From assembly GCA_965200965.1 (NCBI GenBank), contig OZ241744.1:1-64000 (forward strand): a DNA stretch of 64,000 nucleotides, written 5' to 3'. Below, one piece after another: positions 43,106 to 52,330 of the stretch. Made by a program: the position numbers and the translations under genes. This stretch comes from an uncultured Candidatus Binatia bacterium. Lineage in GTDB: Bacteria; Desulfobacterota; Binatia; Bin18. The notes under the pieces are model-generated. The model saw nothing but the letters and a program-made list of their open reading frames with translations. It had not been told where the DNA came from and searched no databases. Position 1 is the stretch's first letter. Every line of letters begins with the position of its first letter.

Positions 43106-44338
43106 ATGCCACAATTTCACTATCAGGCGACAACCCCCCAAGGAAAAATTATCAAGGGAGTCATGGACGCTGGCGCAGAGCGGGTGGTCGTCTCGCGTTT
43201 GCACGACCAAGGCTATCTGCCCCTGAAAATACACCTGCCGGACCAGACGACGGGGAAGCTGACCGGCCTGCGTCTGACCCTCCCTGTCCTGCCGGGTCAG
43301 GGCAGGGTACGCCAGCGGGACTTGTTACTGGTGACCCAGGAGTTGGCGACCTTGCTGTCCGCGGGTCTGCCGCTTGACCGCGCGCTGTCCGTTCTGACCG
43401 GACTGACCAACAGGGCCGAGTTACGCCAGGCAGTGGAGCAGATCCTGCGCCATGTGCAGCGGGGCAAATCCCTGGCCGAAGCCCTGGCCGAATATCCAAA
43501 AATTTTTCCGCCCCTGTATATCAATATGATCAAGGCCGGTGAGTTGGGCGGCTTTCTCGATACGGCTTTAGCGCGTTTGGCCGAGTATCTGGAACGTGCC
43601 CAGGAAGTGCAGGATGAAGTGAAATCCGCCCTGGCCTATCCCACTATCCTGCTGAGCGTGGGCGGGGCGGCCATTGTCCTCATGTTCACCTTTGTGTTGC
43701 CAAAGTTTGCGGTCCTGTTTGAAGATATGGGCGAGGCGCTGCCGGCCGCAACCCGCCTCTTGCTGGCGGTGAGTTATTTCGTGCGGGACTACTGGGGGCT
43801 CATGGCCCTGAGTGTGGCAGCGTGTGGGGCCGGGCTGTGGCGCTATGTTGCCAGCCCGCAGGGACGCCTGGCCTGGGATGGCTGGAGTCTGAGGCTGGCC
43901 TTCATCGGCCCATTATTGCAAAAACGCGAGGTTGGACGCTTTGCCCGGACACTCGGAACCCTGCTCCAGAGCGGCGTGCCTCTCCTCCAGGCGATGGAAC
44001 TGGTTGAGGAGGTGGTGGGCAATCAGCGTATCACGCGCAGCCTCACGGACGCGCGGGTTGGGGTTCGAGAAGGTGAGGGCATTGCCGCGCCACTCGGTCA
44101 GACTGGAGTCTTCCCGTCTCTGGCCTTGCAGATGGTCAGTGTGGGCGAAGAAACCGGACGGCTCGATGAGATGTTGATGCAGGTTGCCGAGTATTATGAA
44201 AAAGATACCCACAACCAGCTGCGACGCCTGACCTCACTGGTCGAGCCGGTGTTACTTCTGACTATGGGGCTGATTGTCGGCTTTGTGGTGATTGCTATGC
44301 TGCTCGGACTGTTCAGCGTCAACAATGTCTCATTCTGA
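43106..44338 (+). CDS. gspF: Type II secretion system inner-membrane platform protein F
   Basis: LATLLSAGLPL, AGELGG.L, ALAYP, VGEETGRL, LVEPV; three TM segments. Confidence 0.93.
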   Translation: MPQFHYQATTPQGKIIKGVMDAGAERVVVSRLHDQGYLPLKIHLPDQTTGKLTGLRLTLPVLPGQGRVRQRDLLLVTQELATLLSAGLPLDRALSVLTGLTNRAELRQAVEQILRHVQRGKSLAEALAEYPKIFPPLYINMIKAGELGGFLDTALARLAEYLERAQEVQDEVKSALAYPTILLSVGGAAIVLMFTFVLPKFAVLFEDMGEALPAATRLLLAVSYFVRDYWGLMALSVAACGAGLWRYVASPQGRLAWDGWSLRLAFIGPLLQKREVGRFARTLGTLLQSGVPLLQAMELVEEVVGNQRITRSLTDARVGVREGEGIAAPLGQTGVFPSLALQMVSVGEETGRLDEMLMQVAEYYEKDTHNQLRRLTSLVEPVLLLTMGLIVGFVVIAMLLGLFSVNNVSF

Positions 44339-44351
44339 GAAAGGAGGACTC

Positions 44352-44813
44352 ATGATGAAGAACGCCGCTCACACGCTCTGGCGTCTGCCGGCCGGTCGAA
44401 CTGCGACGGGGGGTTTTACCCTGGTTGAACTCCTGGTGGTGATGGTCATTCTCGGACTTCTGGTCGCCCTGGTCGCCCCCAACTATATGGGACGGGTGGA
44501 TTCGGCAAGAGAAGACGCCGCTCGCGTCCAGATTGAGAACCTGGGCGCTGCGCTCGACATGTTTCGTCTTGACGTTGGCCGCTATCCAAACTCCCAGGAG
44601 GGCTTGGCCGCCCTGCGTCAGCGTCCAGCCGGCCTCGAGCGCTGGGACGGGCCCTATCTCAAGAAAGATGTGCCCAAAGACCCCTGGGGCGGTCAGTATG
44701 TCTATCGCAGTCCTGGCGAACGGGAAGCCTATGATCTCATGTCCTACGGTGCCGATGGTGTGGCCGGAGGAAGCGACGAAGGCAGAGACATCAACGGCTG
44801 GGAGAACAGCTGA
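44352..44813 (+). CDS. gspG: Type II secretion major pseudopilin G
   Basis: G|FTLVELLVV prepilin site; ALDMFRLDVGRYP..EGL.AL, WDGPYL...PKDPWG, SYGADG. Confidence 0.95.
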   Translation: MMKNAAHTLWRLPAGRTATGGFTLVELLVVMVILGLLVALVAPNYMGRVDSAREDAARVQIENLGAALDMFRLDVGRYPNSQEGLAALRQRPAGLERWDGPYLKKDVPKDPWGGQYVYRSPGEREAYDLMSYGADGVAGGSDEGRDINGWENS

Positions 44814-44871
44814 GCCTGCGGCTCCGAACCCCAGGATTCGTGAGAAGAGGCACGGCCCCTGACTGAAGGCA

Positions 44872-46299
44872 ATGGAGGCAGTGGTGGAACTCGGCGCTGC
44901 ATTTCAGCAGCTCGCCAAGCTGGACTACCTGGATGGGCTGGGGATTGGGATTGGTCCGCGCGAGATGAGTGTCGTGCATCTGGCCAAGCGCTTCTTCCGG
45001 GTCAGTGTGCGGCGGGCGCAGACAGTCCCCCTGCCTGAATCTGGGCCGGAACGCCTGGAGGCCTGTGGACAGGCGTTGAAAGAATTTCTGGCCGCTATGG
45101 AAACTGGCCCGGATCAGGTGGTCTTGTGCGTACCCCGGCAAAGGGCAAGTGTCAGCCGCTTGACGGTGCCCGAGGCGGCTCGGGATTCCCTTGACAGCGC
45201 CATTGGGTACGAAGTTGAGCGGCTCTTCCCCTTCCCCAAAGAAGAGATGTATTACGATTATCTCACCTACCCGGTTGGTGGCGAGGGTGCGCGCCTCGGC
45301 GTTGCCCTGTTCTGTCTGCCCCGCGGTGAGGTTGAAGACCTGCTCGGTGTGCTCTCGGAACTCCAGTTGCGCCCCCACATGGTCACCATCGGCGGCTGTG
45401 CCCAGCTGAGCGCCTTGCTGGCTTGTGCCCCCACGCCCGATGTCTCGTGCGTGCTCATCGGACCGGAAGACGATAAGCTGGAACTGAGTTTCATTGCCGG
45501 CAGACAGCTGGTGGCCAGCCATCTGTTTGCCGCCCGACCCACCGCTGAACCGGACGCCTTGAGCGACCTGGTAGCCCAGGGCGTTGCCCGAAATCTGCCC
45601 GCCGCCGCACCCGACGGCCCCCCCATTTTTGCCTGGGGGACACGGCTGCCCTGGACCGTGGATAGCGGGCACGATCTCAGCGCCCTTGCGACCGTTCGTT
45701 TTGGCATCCCTCCGGAGTCTGGTTTTTCTCCGGCCGCGCTGCCGGCTCTGGGGGCGGCAGTCCAGGCGGTGGGGGAGGTGGCAGGCGGCATCAATCTCTT
45801 GCCCCCCGACAGGCGCGCCCGGCGAGAAAAACGTCTGTCAGCCCTGACCCTGGGGCTGGTGAGCCTCGTCTGTATCCTTGGGTGTACCTGGGCGGTTGGG
45901 ATCACTGTCCAGAACCGCCGGGTGCTGAACGTCCTGACCGCGCAGGTCGAAACGCTCAACCCGGAGATTGAACAGGTTCTGGCCCACCAGTCCGAAGCCG
46001 ACCTCCTGGCCGGCCATATGACGGTCCTCAGTGCAGAGCGGGACACGCGCGTCCTGCCCCTCCTGCGCCACCTGTCGGACACTATCCCGGCCGATATGTA
46101 TCTCACCAGCCTCCACTACAAAGGCGGGAGTATCGAACTGAGCGGGGTGGCCAGGACGAAGCCGGCCTCAGAGCTGGTGACGGCTCTTGAACAGCTTGAA
46201 TGCCTCACCGGCGTTGTTCCCAAAGCCGCGTTTGCAACGACAGCCCAAGGTGAGACCTTCACCCTGAGTGCCGAGGTGGTCCACCCGTGCGGCCACTAG
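44872..46299 (+). CDS. GspL/PilM-PilN-like T2SS assembly protein
   Basis: Actin-like N-terminal region (YEVERLFPFP..E.YYDY), INLLP motif, single TM, PilN-like periplasmic domain. Confidence 0.75.
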   Translation: MEAVVELGAAFQQLAKLDYLDGLGIGIGPREMSVVHLAKRFFRVSVRRAQTVPLPESGPERLEACGQALKEFLAAMETGPDQVVLCVPRQRASVSRLTVPEAARDSLDSAIGYEVERLFPFPKEEMYYDYLTYPVGGEGARLGVALFCLPRGEVEDLLGVLSELQLRPHMVTIGGCAQLSALLACAPTPDVSCVLIGPEDDKLELSFIAGRQLVASHLFAARPTAEPDALSDLVAQGVARNLPAAAPDGPPIFAWGTRLPWTVDSGHDLSALATVRFGIPPESGFSPAALPALGAAVQAVGEVAGGINLLPPDRRARREKRLSALTLGLVSLVCILGCTWAVGITVQNRRVLNVLTAQVETLNPEIEQVLAHQSEADLLAGHMTVLSAERDTRVLPLLRHLSDTIPADMYLTSLHYKGGSIELSGVARTKPASELVTALEQLECLTGVVPKAAFATTAQGETFTLSAEVVHPCGH

Positions 46300-46919
46300 T
46301 CCACCTCTGGCAGCGCTTCTCCAGGCGGGAACGCCTGCTGCTTGGCGCGGCTGGCGCGTTCCTGCTTGTGGCGGCCGTGCGTTTTGGCGTACTTGACCCC
46401 TATCGGGCCTATGTCCAGCGCCTTGAAGAGCGCCTTGAGCGAACGGCCGATCGAGTCCGCCACATGCGGGAGCGAAAAGACCGTGCTCCCCACCTGGTAC
46501 GCCACCTTGAGGAGTTGCGCCGCCAGTTCATGACCCTGCAAACGCGCTTTATTCCAGAGGCGACCTCCTCCCTGGCCGCGGCCCGCCTCCAGGAGCGGAT
46601 ACAGACCCTGGCCGCCCAGAGCGGCCTCGAGCTGGCTACCACCCGGGTGATGAAAGAGCAGACCATTGGCGAGTTTCGCAAAACGCTGGTGCAGGTCAGC
46701 CTGAGCGGGCCGTTGTCGGCAGTTGCCGCCTTTCTGTCTGGCATTGAATATAACAACGACTGGCTCCTGTCTGTGTCCAGCCTGGAGATACGCAGCCCGT
46801 CCAGGAGCCGGACACGCCGGAGCCGTCGCCGCCAATCGGCGAGCGCTCCCCAGGCCAGGAACATCCTCACCATCACCCTCACCGTTGGGGGGGTGATGCA
46901 GCAGGCTGAAACCTCCTGA
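46287..46919 (+). CDS. GspM/PilO-like T2SS protein
   Basis: SRRERLLL plus TM, coiled coil, AAARLQERI...SG, ferredoxin-like C-terminus. Confidence 0.72.
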   Translation: MRPLVHLWQRFSRRERLLLGAAGAFLLVAAVRFGVLDPYRAYVQRLEERLERTADRVRHMRERKDRAPHLVRHLEELRRQFMTLQTRFIPEATSSLAAARLQERIQTLAAQSGLELATTRVMKEQTIGEFRKTLVQVSLSGPLSAVAAFLSGIEYNNDWLLSVSSLEIRSPSRSRTRRSRRRQSASAPQARNILTITLTVGGVMQQAETS

Positions 46920-46931
46920 AGAAAGCCACCC

Positions 46932-47693
46932 ATGCGAATCCGACGCTTTGTTCATCTGATACTGCTGCTGGGGGCCGGTGGGCTGGCCTGGCAGGTGTTC
47001 GTCGTCTGGAGTCACACTGCTCCGCCACTTGTGACTGATGCGGCTCTCAATTCTGACACCACCCTCCCGTCCTTCTCCCCGGCCGGACCACAGGCGGGAC
47101 AAGAGCTCGTCCAGGTCATTACCGACAAGAATCTCTTTGCTCCCAGCCGCCGACCGCCGCCAACCCAGCCGCCGTCACAACCGTCTGCCCCGGCTGTTCC
47201 GCCGCCCAAGCATCTGAAGTTGGTCGGTGTCTTCATCCTTGGCGAGCGCCGTGAGGCGCTGTTTGCCGATACCTCCAAAGGCGGGAAAGTCACGCGGGTG
47301 GGGTCTGGGGGCACGCTTGACTCCTACCAGCTGGCCCGGCTGACCCATACGGAAGCAACGCTCGCCCTTGGCGCGGGAGGACAGGAATTCAGCCTGCCCC
47401 TGGATGTCCAGAAGAGCGCTGATGCGGCCAAGGCCCCGCGTATCATACCCGCCAGGCCCCGGTTGAATCCTGAAGCCTCAGCAGAGGCACCACCGCTGCC
47501 AACAGGTGCCCAGCCCAGCGGGACGGCCGTCCCCATACCGGGAGAACCCCCGCCACCCCCACAAACCGCCGCGGCCAGCAGCAGCCAGGACGATATCGTG
47601 ACCATTCGGAGAAATATCCGCCGGATGCAACGCCGTCTGCGTGAAATCCGCCGCGCCCGCGCCCTCGAGCGACGTGAGGCACGGGATGGTTGA
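46932..47693 (+). CDS. GspC/GspN-like bitopic T2SS protein
   Basis: N-terminal TM, KNLFAPSRRP, LKLVGV, Pro-rich linker; sits just before the secretin. Confidence 0.6.
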   Translation: MRIRRFVHLILLLGAGGLAWQVFVVWSHTAPPLVTDAALNSDTTLPSFSPAGPQAGQELVQVITDKNLFAPSRRPPPTQPPSQPSAPAVPPPKHLKLVGVFILGERREALFADTSKGGKVTRVGSGGTLDSYQLARLTHTEATLALGAGGQEFSLPLDVQKSADAAKAPRIIPARPRLNPEASAEAPPLPTGAQPSGTAVPIPGEPPPPPQTAAASSSQDDIVTIRRNIRRMQRRLREIRRARALERREARDG

Positions 47694-49887
47694 GGGGGGC
47701 GCGCACAAGAATACACCAAGACGGCTGCGGGTGGGAGAACGGTGGTCTTTCGGCCTGCTGCGCGGCATGAGCCTGGCGGCGACAGCCGGCGTGTTGTGGT
47801 GGGCTGCCCTGCCTCCCCCGGCCGTTGCTCAGAGCGACCCGGCCGACAGGCAAGCGGCAGTCCGGCTCAATTTTGAAGGCGCTGACATCCGCCAGGTGAT
47901 TCACACCATTGCCGCCGCCTTGGAGATTCACTACATCATCGATCCGCGTGTCCAGGGCCAGGTCACCGTTCGGACGGCCAGCGATATTCCCCGCGATGAT
48001 CTGTTGCCCATTTTCCACCAGATTTTGCGCAGCAGCGGAGTGGCGGCCAAGCGTGTAGGTGATATCTACCATATTGTCCCGGTCGCAGAAGCGAAAACCA
48101 AGACCAGCCTCTCACTATCCCGGCAGTCAAGGGCGGATGATGCGTTTGTCATTGAGATCGTCAAGCTTGAGTACGCGCCCGCCGAAGAGATGGCCAAGGT
48201 CCTCCAGCCGTTTGTCTCGCCCGGCGGCGATGTCCTGCCCTATCCCCGCGCCAATCTGCTGGTGCTGTCTGACCTCGCCTCAAGTGTGCGCCGGCTCAAG
48301 GAGATGGTGGACATTTTTGATACCGATACATTCGGCCAGCTGCACGCCGAGGTGTACCGGATTGAGCACGCCAATGTTGGAGACCTGGGCGAAGAGTTGA
48401 CCGGCCTGCTTGAACCCTATGGGGTCATTACGGCCACCGGTGCCATTGTAACACATGGCGTGTTTGTCATTCCTCTGCCACGGCTCAATGCTGTTGCGGT
48501 CATTGCGTTCAATCCTGAGGTGTTTGTCCATGTTGAAAAATGGATTCAGATTCTTGATGTGCCGCCGGAAAAAGGCGGCGGTCGCAGTGTGCATGTGTAT
48601 GCGGTGGAAAATGCCAAAGCGGTTGATCTGGCCGGCATTCTGGGCGAGTTGTACGGTGGCGGCGGGACGGCCGGCAGGCGTCTGGGCCGCAATCAAGGCT
48701 CTGGCACACGCGGCAGCCTGCGCTCCAGGGGCAACCGCAGCGGCTCGGACGAGAGCCGCCGGCGCGGTCTCGGCAGCGACGGTGAGAGCCGCCGGCGCGA
48801 CGGTGGCGGGCTGAGTGGGAGCGGTGGAACCCAGAGTGTGTTGCTGGCCCCCCAGGAAGGTGAGAAGCCGGTGTTCAAGGAGGAGGTCCGGGTGGTGGCC
48901 GATGAGATCAGTAACTCGCTGATTATTCTGGCTACGCCACGCGACTATGCGATGATCCGGGATGTGTTGCGTCGGCTCGATATCGTTCCCCGGCAGGTGC
49001 TCATTGAGGCTATTATTGCCGAAATCCAGTTGATCGGCACACTCGCCTTCGGGCTGGAATATGCCCTGTCGCAGGGAGGGCTTGAGGGCCTGTTCGGCAC
49101 AAGTGAGGAGAGTGGGGTCGTTGCTGCCGAGACCCCGGCGACTGCCAGCTTAGTCATTGGCAACAGCCCGTTGCTCGCCACCTCAAAGCGGGCGGTGAAT
49201 ATCGGCTCGCAGGGCGTCTTCGGGTTTCTGACCGACCGCGACCAGTTTCTCGCCTTGATCCAGGCCCTGGAGACCCGGCAGCGGGTCAATGTGCTGGCCA
49301 CCCCGTATGTGATTGCGTCCGATAATCGTGAGGCGAGTATCCTGATTGGTGAGGAGGTGCCGATCCTGACCTCGACTTCAACGAGTACGCTGACCGATAA
49401 CGCCCGGACCATCAACAGCGTTCAGTACCGCGATACCGGCAGGATTTTGACAATCCTGCCCCAGATCAATTCGGCTGGTCTGGTCAATCTTGAGATTCGC
49501 CAGGAGGTCAGCTCTGTGGGCCAAGCCGAGTTTGGGCGGACCAACTCGCCCAGCTTTGTGTCACGCGAGGCCGAGACCACGGTGGTGGTCCAGGACGGGG
49601 AGTCGGTGGTGTTGGGCGGCATTATTGCCGACCGGATCAGACGGACCCGCAACGGGGTGCCGTTTCTGATGGATGTGCCGGTGTTGGGCCGCCTGTTCCG
49701 GGTGGATGGTGAGCGGACTGAGCGGACTGAGTTGATTATTCTGATTACGCCACGGGTGATTCGAAGTCGTCAGGAGTTGCAGGCTGTCACCGGGGACTTT
49801 ACCCGGAGGATCAAAACCCTGAAGGAGATGATCGACCGACGCCCGCCCGCGGCGTCCAGCAGTCAGCCGGCTCTGCCTTCTCGGTAA
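47686..49887 (+). CDS. gspD: Type II secretion secretin D (start uncertain)
   Basis: LNFEGADI, N domains, LDIVPRQVLIEAIIAE, DNREASILIGEEVP, VPFLMDVPVLGRLF, ELIILITPRV. Confidence 0.93.
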   Translation: MVEGGAHKNTPRRLRVGERWSFGLLRGMSLAATAGVLWWAALPPPAVAQSDPADRQAAVRLNFEGADIRQVIHTIAAALEIHYIIDPRVQGQVTVRTASDIPRDDLLPIFHQILRSSGVAAKRVGDIYHIVPVAEAKTKTSLSLSRQSRADDAFVIEIVKLEYAPAEEMAKVLQPFVSPGGDVLPYPRANLLVLSDLASSVRRLKEMVDIFDTDTFGQLHAEVYRIEHANVGDLGEELTGLLEPYGVITATGAIVTHGVFVIPLPRLNAVAVIAFNPEVFVHVEKWIQILDVPPEKGGGRSVHVYAVENAKAVDLAGILGELYGGGGTAGRRLGRNQGSGTRGSLRSRGNRSGSDESRRRGLGSDGESRRRDGGGLSGSGGTQSVLLAPQEGEKPVFKEEVRVVADEISNSLIILATPRDYAMIRDVLRRLDIVPRQVLIEAIIAEIQLIGTLAFGLEYALSQGGLEGLFGTSEESGVVAAETPATASLVIGNSPLLATSKRAVNIGSQGVFGFLTDRDQFLALIQALETRQRVNVLATPYVIASDNREASILIGEEVPILTSTSTSTLTDNARTINSVQYRDTGRILTILPQINSAGLVNLEIRQEVSSVGQAEFGRTNSPSFVSREAETTVVVQDGESVVLGGIIADRIRRTRNGVPFLMDVPVLGRLFRVDGERTERTELIILITPRVIRSRQELQAVTGDFTRRIKTLKEMIDRRPPAASSSQPALPSR

Positions 49888-50080
49888 CACCGGATGAGCG
49901 GTCTCAGGAGTCCCGGCATGGGACGCGGGGCCGGGCTGGGTCGGAGAGCGTTGATTGCCGGGGCTGCGGGTCATGTGGACGGACGGGAGTACGCCCGACC
50001 GTCATGCCGGACTATGCGAGGGGCGTGGCAGTCCTGATTCCACGGCACCACGCCGTAGGCGACTCCGATTTCAGCGACAA

Positions 50081-50110
50081 AAAAAGGAGAGGGGGTTCCC
50101 TCTCCTTTTT
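50081..50110. terminator. Bidirectional intrinsic terminator
   Basis: Perfect 13-bp inverted repeat AAAAAGGAGAGGG-ggtt-CCCTCTCCTTTTT with A/T tails on both sides, between convergent gspD and the surface-protein gene. Confidence 0.85.
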
Positions 50111-50211
50111 GTTTTGACCCAACTGGGGGCCGGGTTGCAGGGTGGCTGAGTGACGCTTAGCGGAGCGTCCCCCGATCGGGGACGGCAACTTCTCCAGTGG
50201 TGTCTGTCCCT

Positions 50212-51516
50212 TTATTGCGGATCAGGCTGGGTGATCCAGCGGAGCGGAACAAGCATGTCGTACTTACCGGAGCTCACATCAAAGAATGAGAAAACGAAAC
50301 CGGTGACGGGAAGCCGTTGCTCACTCATCTGGCTGGTGGGGGTGAAAGCGGTGCTCGCTTCAGGTTCCTTCCCCATATCGTTGGCACCGCCATAGGTCTT
50401 GTTGGTGCTGTTGACGATGCGGAAACTCCCGCCTGTAGCCCCACCGAAGGTAAAGCTAGTGGCCTCATCGTCGTTGCATGTGACCTCGGTCATGTTGTTC
50501 TCCATCATCCGGAATCTGCATATGTTGACGCTCTGATTCAGCCTGATGTTGTGGACGGTTCTGAGGCTGCTTCCCGCTTCGTCAAAGATATACATGCTCA
50601 CCGGGTCAGACATGCTCAATGCGTTCCCATCATCCACCGTTTGATAGTTAAGAACATGGAGACCGGGGAAGGTCACGACAATGTCTGTTGAGGCCCCGAT
50701 GATCGGTTCGGTGACCCAACGACCGATCAGATGACGCTTGTTTTCATCCCGCAGTCTCTGGGACAACACAAAAGGATTGCAATTGGGATCGGTACCGGCA
50801 TCGCAGGGAACGTCGGTCGAGAGAGCAGGATAGACTGCGGCAAAGCCCTCCATAGGAGAGACGAGGTAGCCGATACCCGAGATGTTTCTGGACACACTGC
50901 TTGTCGCCATGTCGCCGCTTCCGGTCATCGTTACTATCGGATACGCATCAATGATGCCCGTCGTATCATTAAGCCTGATGGTCCGATTCTCCATCGTCGG
51001 CGTTGGCAGGCGACTGGCTCCTCCTCTGCTAGCAGCAGGCTGTTGTACCTCCCCGTCACACCCGCCAGGGTTGCCGAGTGTCAGCACGGACCCATCACCG
51101 GCGGCATTGGCACCGATGCCGGCCGTCCATGTGTCGCCCGGCAGGAGACACACATCAAACATGGCCAACTGTTCGGGTCTTCTGTTTACATTGTTGGCCA
51201 GCAATGGCCACTCGTTTGGATCACCAGTAGGGTTATTGGCGCTGCTGGCCTGATCGTCAGTGAACCCAGGCTCGTCCCCACCTCGCACGACGATTCTGAC
51301 AACATTCCTTTTCTGGGTAGCGGGATTGTCCTGGACTCCCAGCGGAGACTGGATACTGATGAGGGTATCCCTCTCGCCTTCTGTGGTCCAGTAGCCGAAG
51401 ATGAGATGACTGCCCACCCCGCTCACCTCCCTTTGGGCCTGCACGGGCCGCGTGGCGAGGAGTAGTGCGCCGGCTACACAGGCCGTAACCCAAGCGTATT
51501 GTCCAATTTTCTTCAT
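50212..51516 (-). CDS. Secreted cell-surface / putative S-layer protein
   Basis: Sec signal ending VQA|Q; motifs LIFGYWT...DTLISI, FDVCLLPGDTWTA, GASTDIVVTFP, LPVTGF; GGGAGGA RBS; own promoter and terminator. Confidence 0.6.
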   Translation of the reverse strand: MKKIGQYAWVTACVAGALLLATRPVQAQREVSGVGSHLIFGYWTTEGERDTLISIQSPLGVQDNPATQKRNVVRIVVRGGDEPGFTDDQASSANNPTGDPNEWPLLANNVNRRPEQLAMFDVCLLPGDTWTAGIGANAAGDGSVLTLGNPGGCDGEVQQPAASRGGASRLPTPTMENRTIRLNDTTGIIDAYPIVTMTGSGDMATSSVSRNISGIGYLVSPMEGFAAVYPALSTDVPCDAGTDPNCNPFVLSQRLRDENKRHLIGRWVTEPIIGASTDIVVTFPGLHVLNYQTVDDGNALSMSDPVSMYIFDEAGSSLRTVHNIRLNQSVNICRFRMMENNMTEVTCNDDEATSFTFGGATGGSFRIVNSTNKTYGGANDMGKEPEASTAFTPTSQMSEQRLPVTGFVFSFFDVSSGKYDMLVPLRWITQPDPQ

Positions 51517-51673
51517 ACTGTCTGTCCTCCCTTCAGGATTGTCTGCCTCAAAGCGTTGAGAGCAGCATAGCAGGTTGCGTTCTCATAGTCCATTCCCGCC
51601 CAAAAGTCCAGTACCCGTGTCCTTTGAAACTCGAAACCCACCTCCTTTCACTGCCTCTTCAACGGAATGTCTC

Positions 51674-51702
51674 TGCATAGGGGAAGGCAGAATATGTGTC
51701 AA
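51674..51702 (-). promoter_or_regulatory. Putative promoter of the surface-protein gene
   Basis: Minus strand TTGACA-17 nt-TATGCA, giving a 5' UTR of about 150 nt. Confidence 0.5.
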
Positions 51703-51743
51703 GCAGATATTGTGCAAGCCTGAGGCCTGCTGACGCGCCTGGA

Positions 51744-52208
51744 TCATTTTTTCCTGGAGATGCCCCTGCGGCGCGGGACATGATACCACACTTCGCCCGC
51801 TTTCCGCCAGGTATCTGTTACGAAGGTAGATGTGATCATCGGGCCGCCGCCAAAGGGGGGCGTGTACTCATATTTCAGACGCAGTCTCACCTTCGCCTCC
51901 CGGACGGATGGGTCAAGTTGCAAAGCCTGCGGGTCAAGCACGGAGACTTCTTTGATTGTGACGCCTGAGCGCGGGCGGGCCAGGGATATTGTCTCTCCAC
52001 GCTGTTTGTGCTGATCGGGGTGTTCGTACTGGAGGGCGAGCGGTATGTCGTTCTCAATCCTGGCCCGCCAGTAGGCTTCAAGCCGCGTTTGCAGGCTGTC
52101 CGGGGCGGTTTGCGGGGCCGGCGCAGGGGCTTTGAGGCCGGCACAGGCTGACAGGGCGGCTGACAGGCTCAGGGTCATGGAGAGCAGGGTTCTTGCAGCA
52201 CCACGCAT
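51744..52208 (-). CDS. Small lipoprotein (NTF2-like pattern)
   Basis: Lipobox ALSAC; LQTRLEAYWRAR..ND...A..YE.P, C-terminal DTW...G.WYHV. Confidence 0.7.
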   Translation of the reverse strand: MRGAARTLLSMTLSLSAALSACAGLKAPAPAPQTAPDSLQTRLEAYWRARIENDIPLALQYEHPDQHKQRGETISLARPRSGVTIKEVSVLDPQALQLDPSVREAKVRLRLKYEYTPPFGGGPMITSTFVTDTWRKAGEVWYHVPRRRGISRKK

Positions 52209-52330
52209 TATGGTCAGAGTAGCAGTTTTGGAGGGTCGGCGTCAATTGCCGGCAGCGCGGGGCCATGTCTTGCGGTGCTCGCTGTTTTCGGCTATGAGTG
52301 GCAGGTCTTTCTGCTCCCCTGTTTCCGGCC

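Noticed and set aside
49909-50013. Imperfect inverted repeat (AGTCCCGGCATGGGACG ... CGTCATGCCGGACT) after gspD
   Set aside because: Single, imperfect copy in the window; cannot be supported as a REP, MITE or ncRNA without a genome-wide search.
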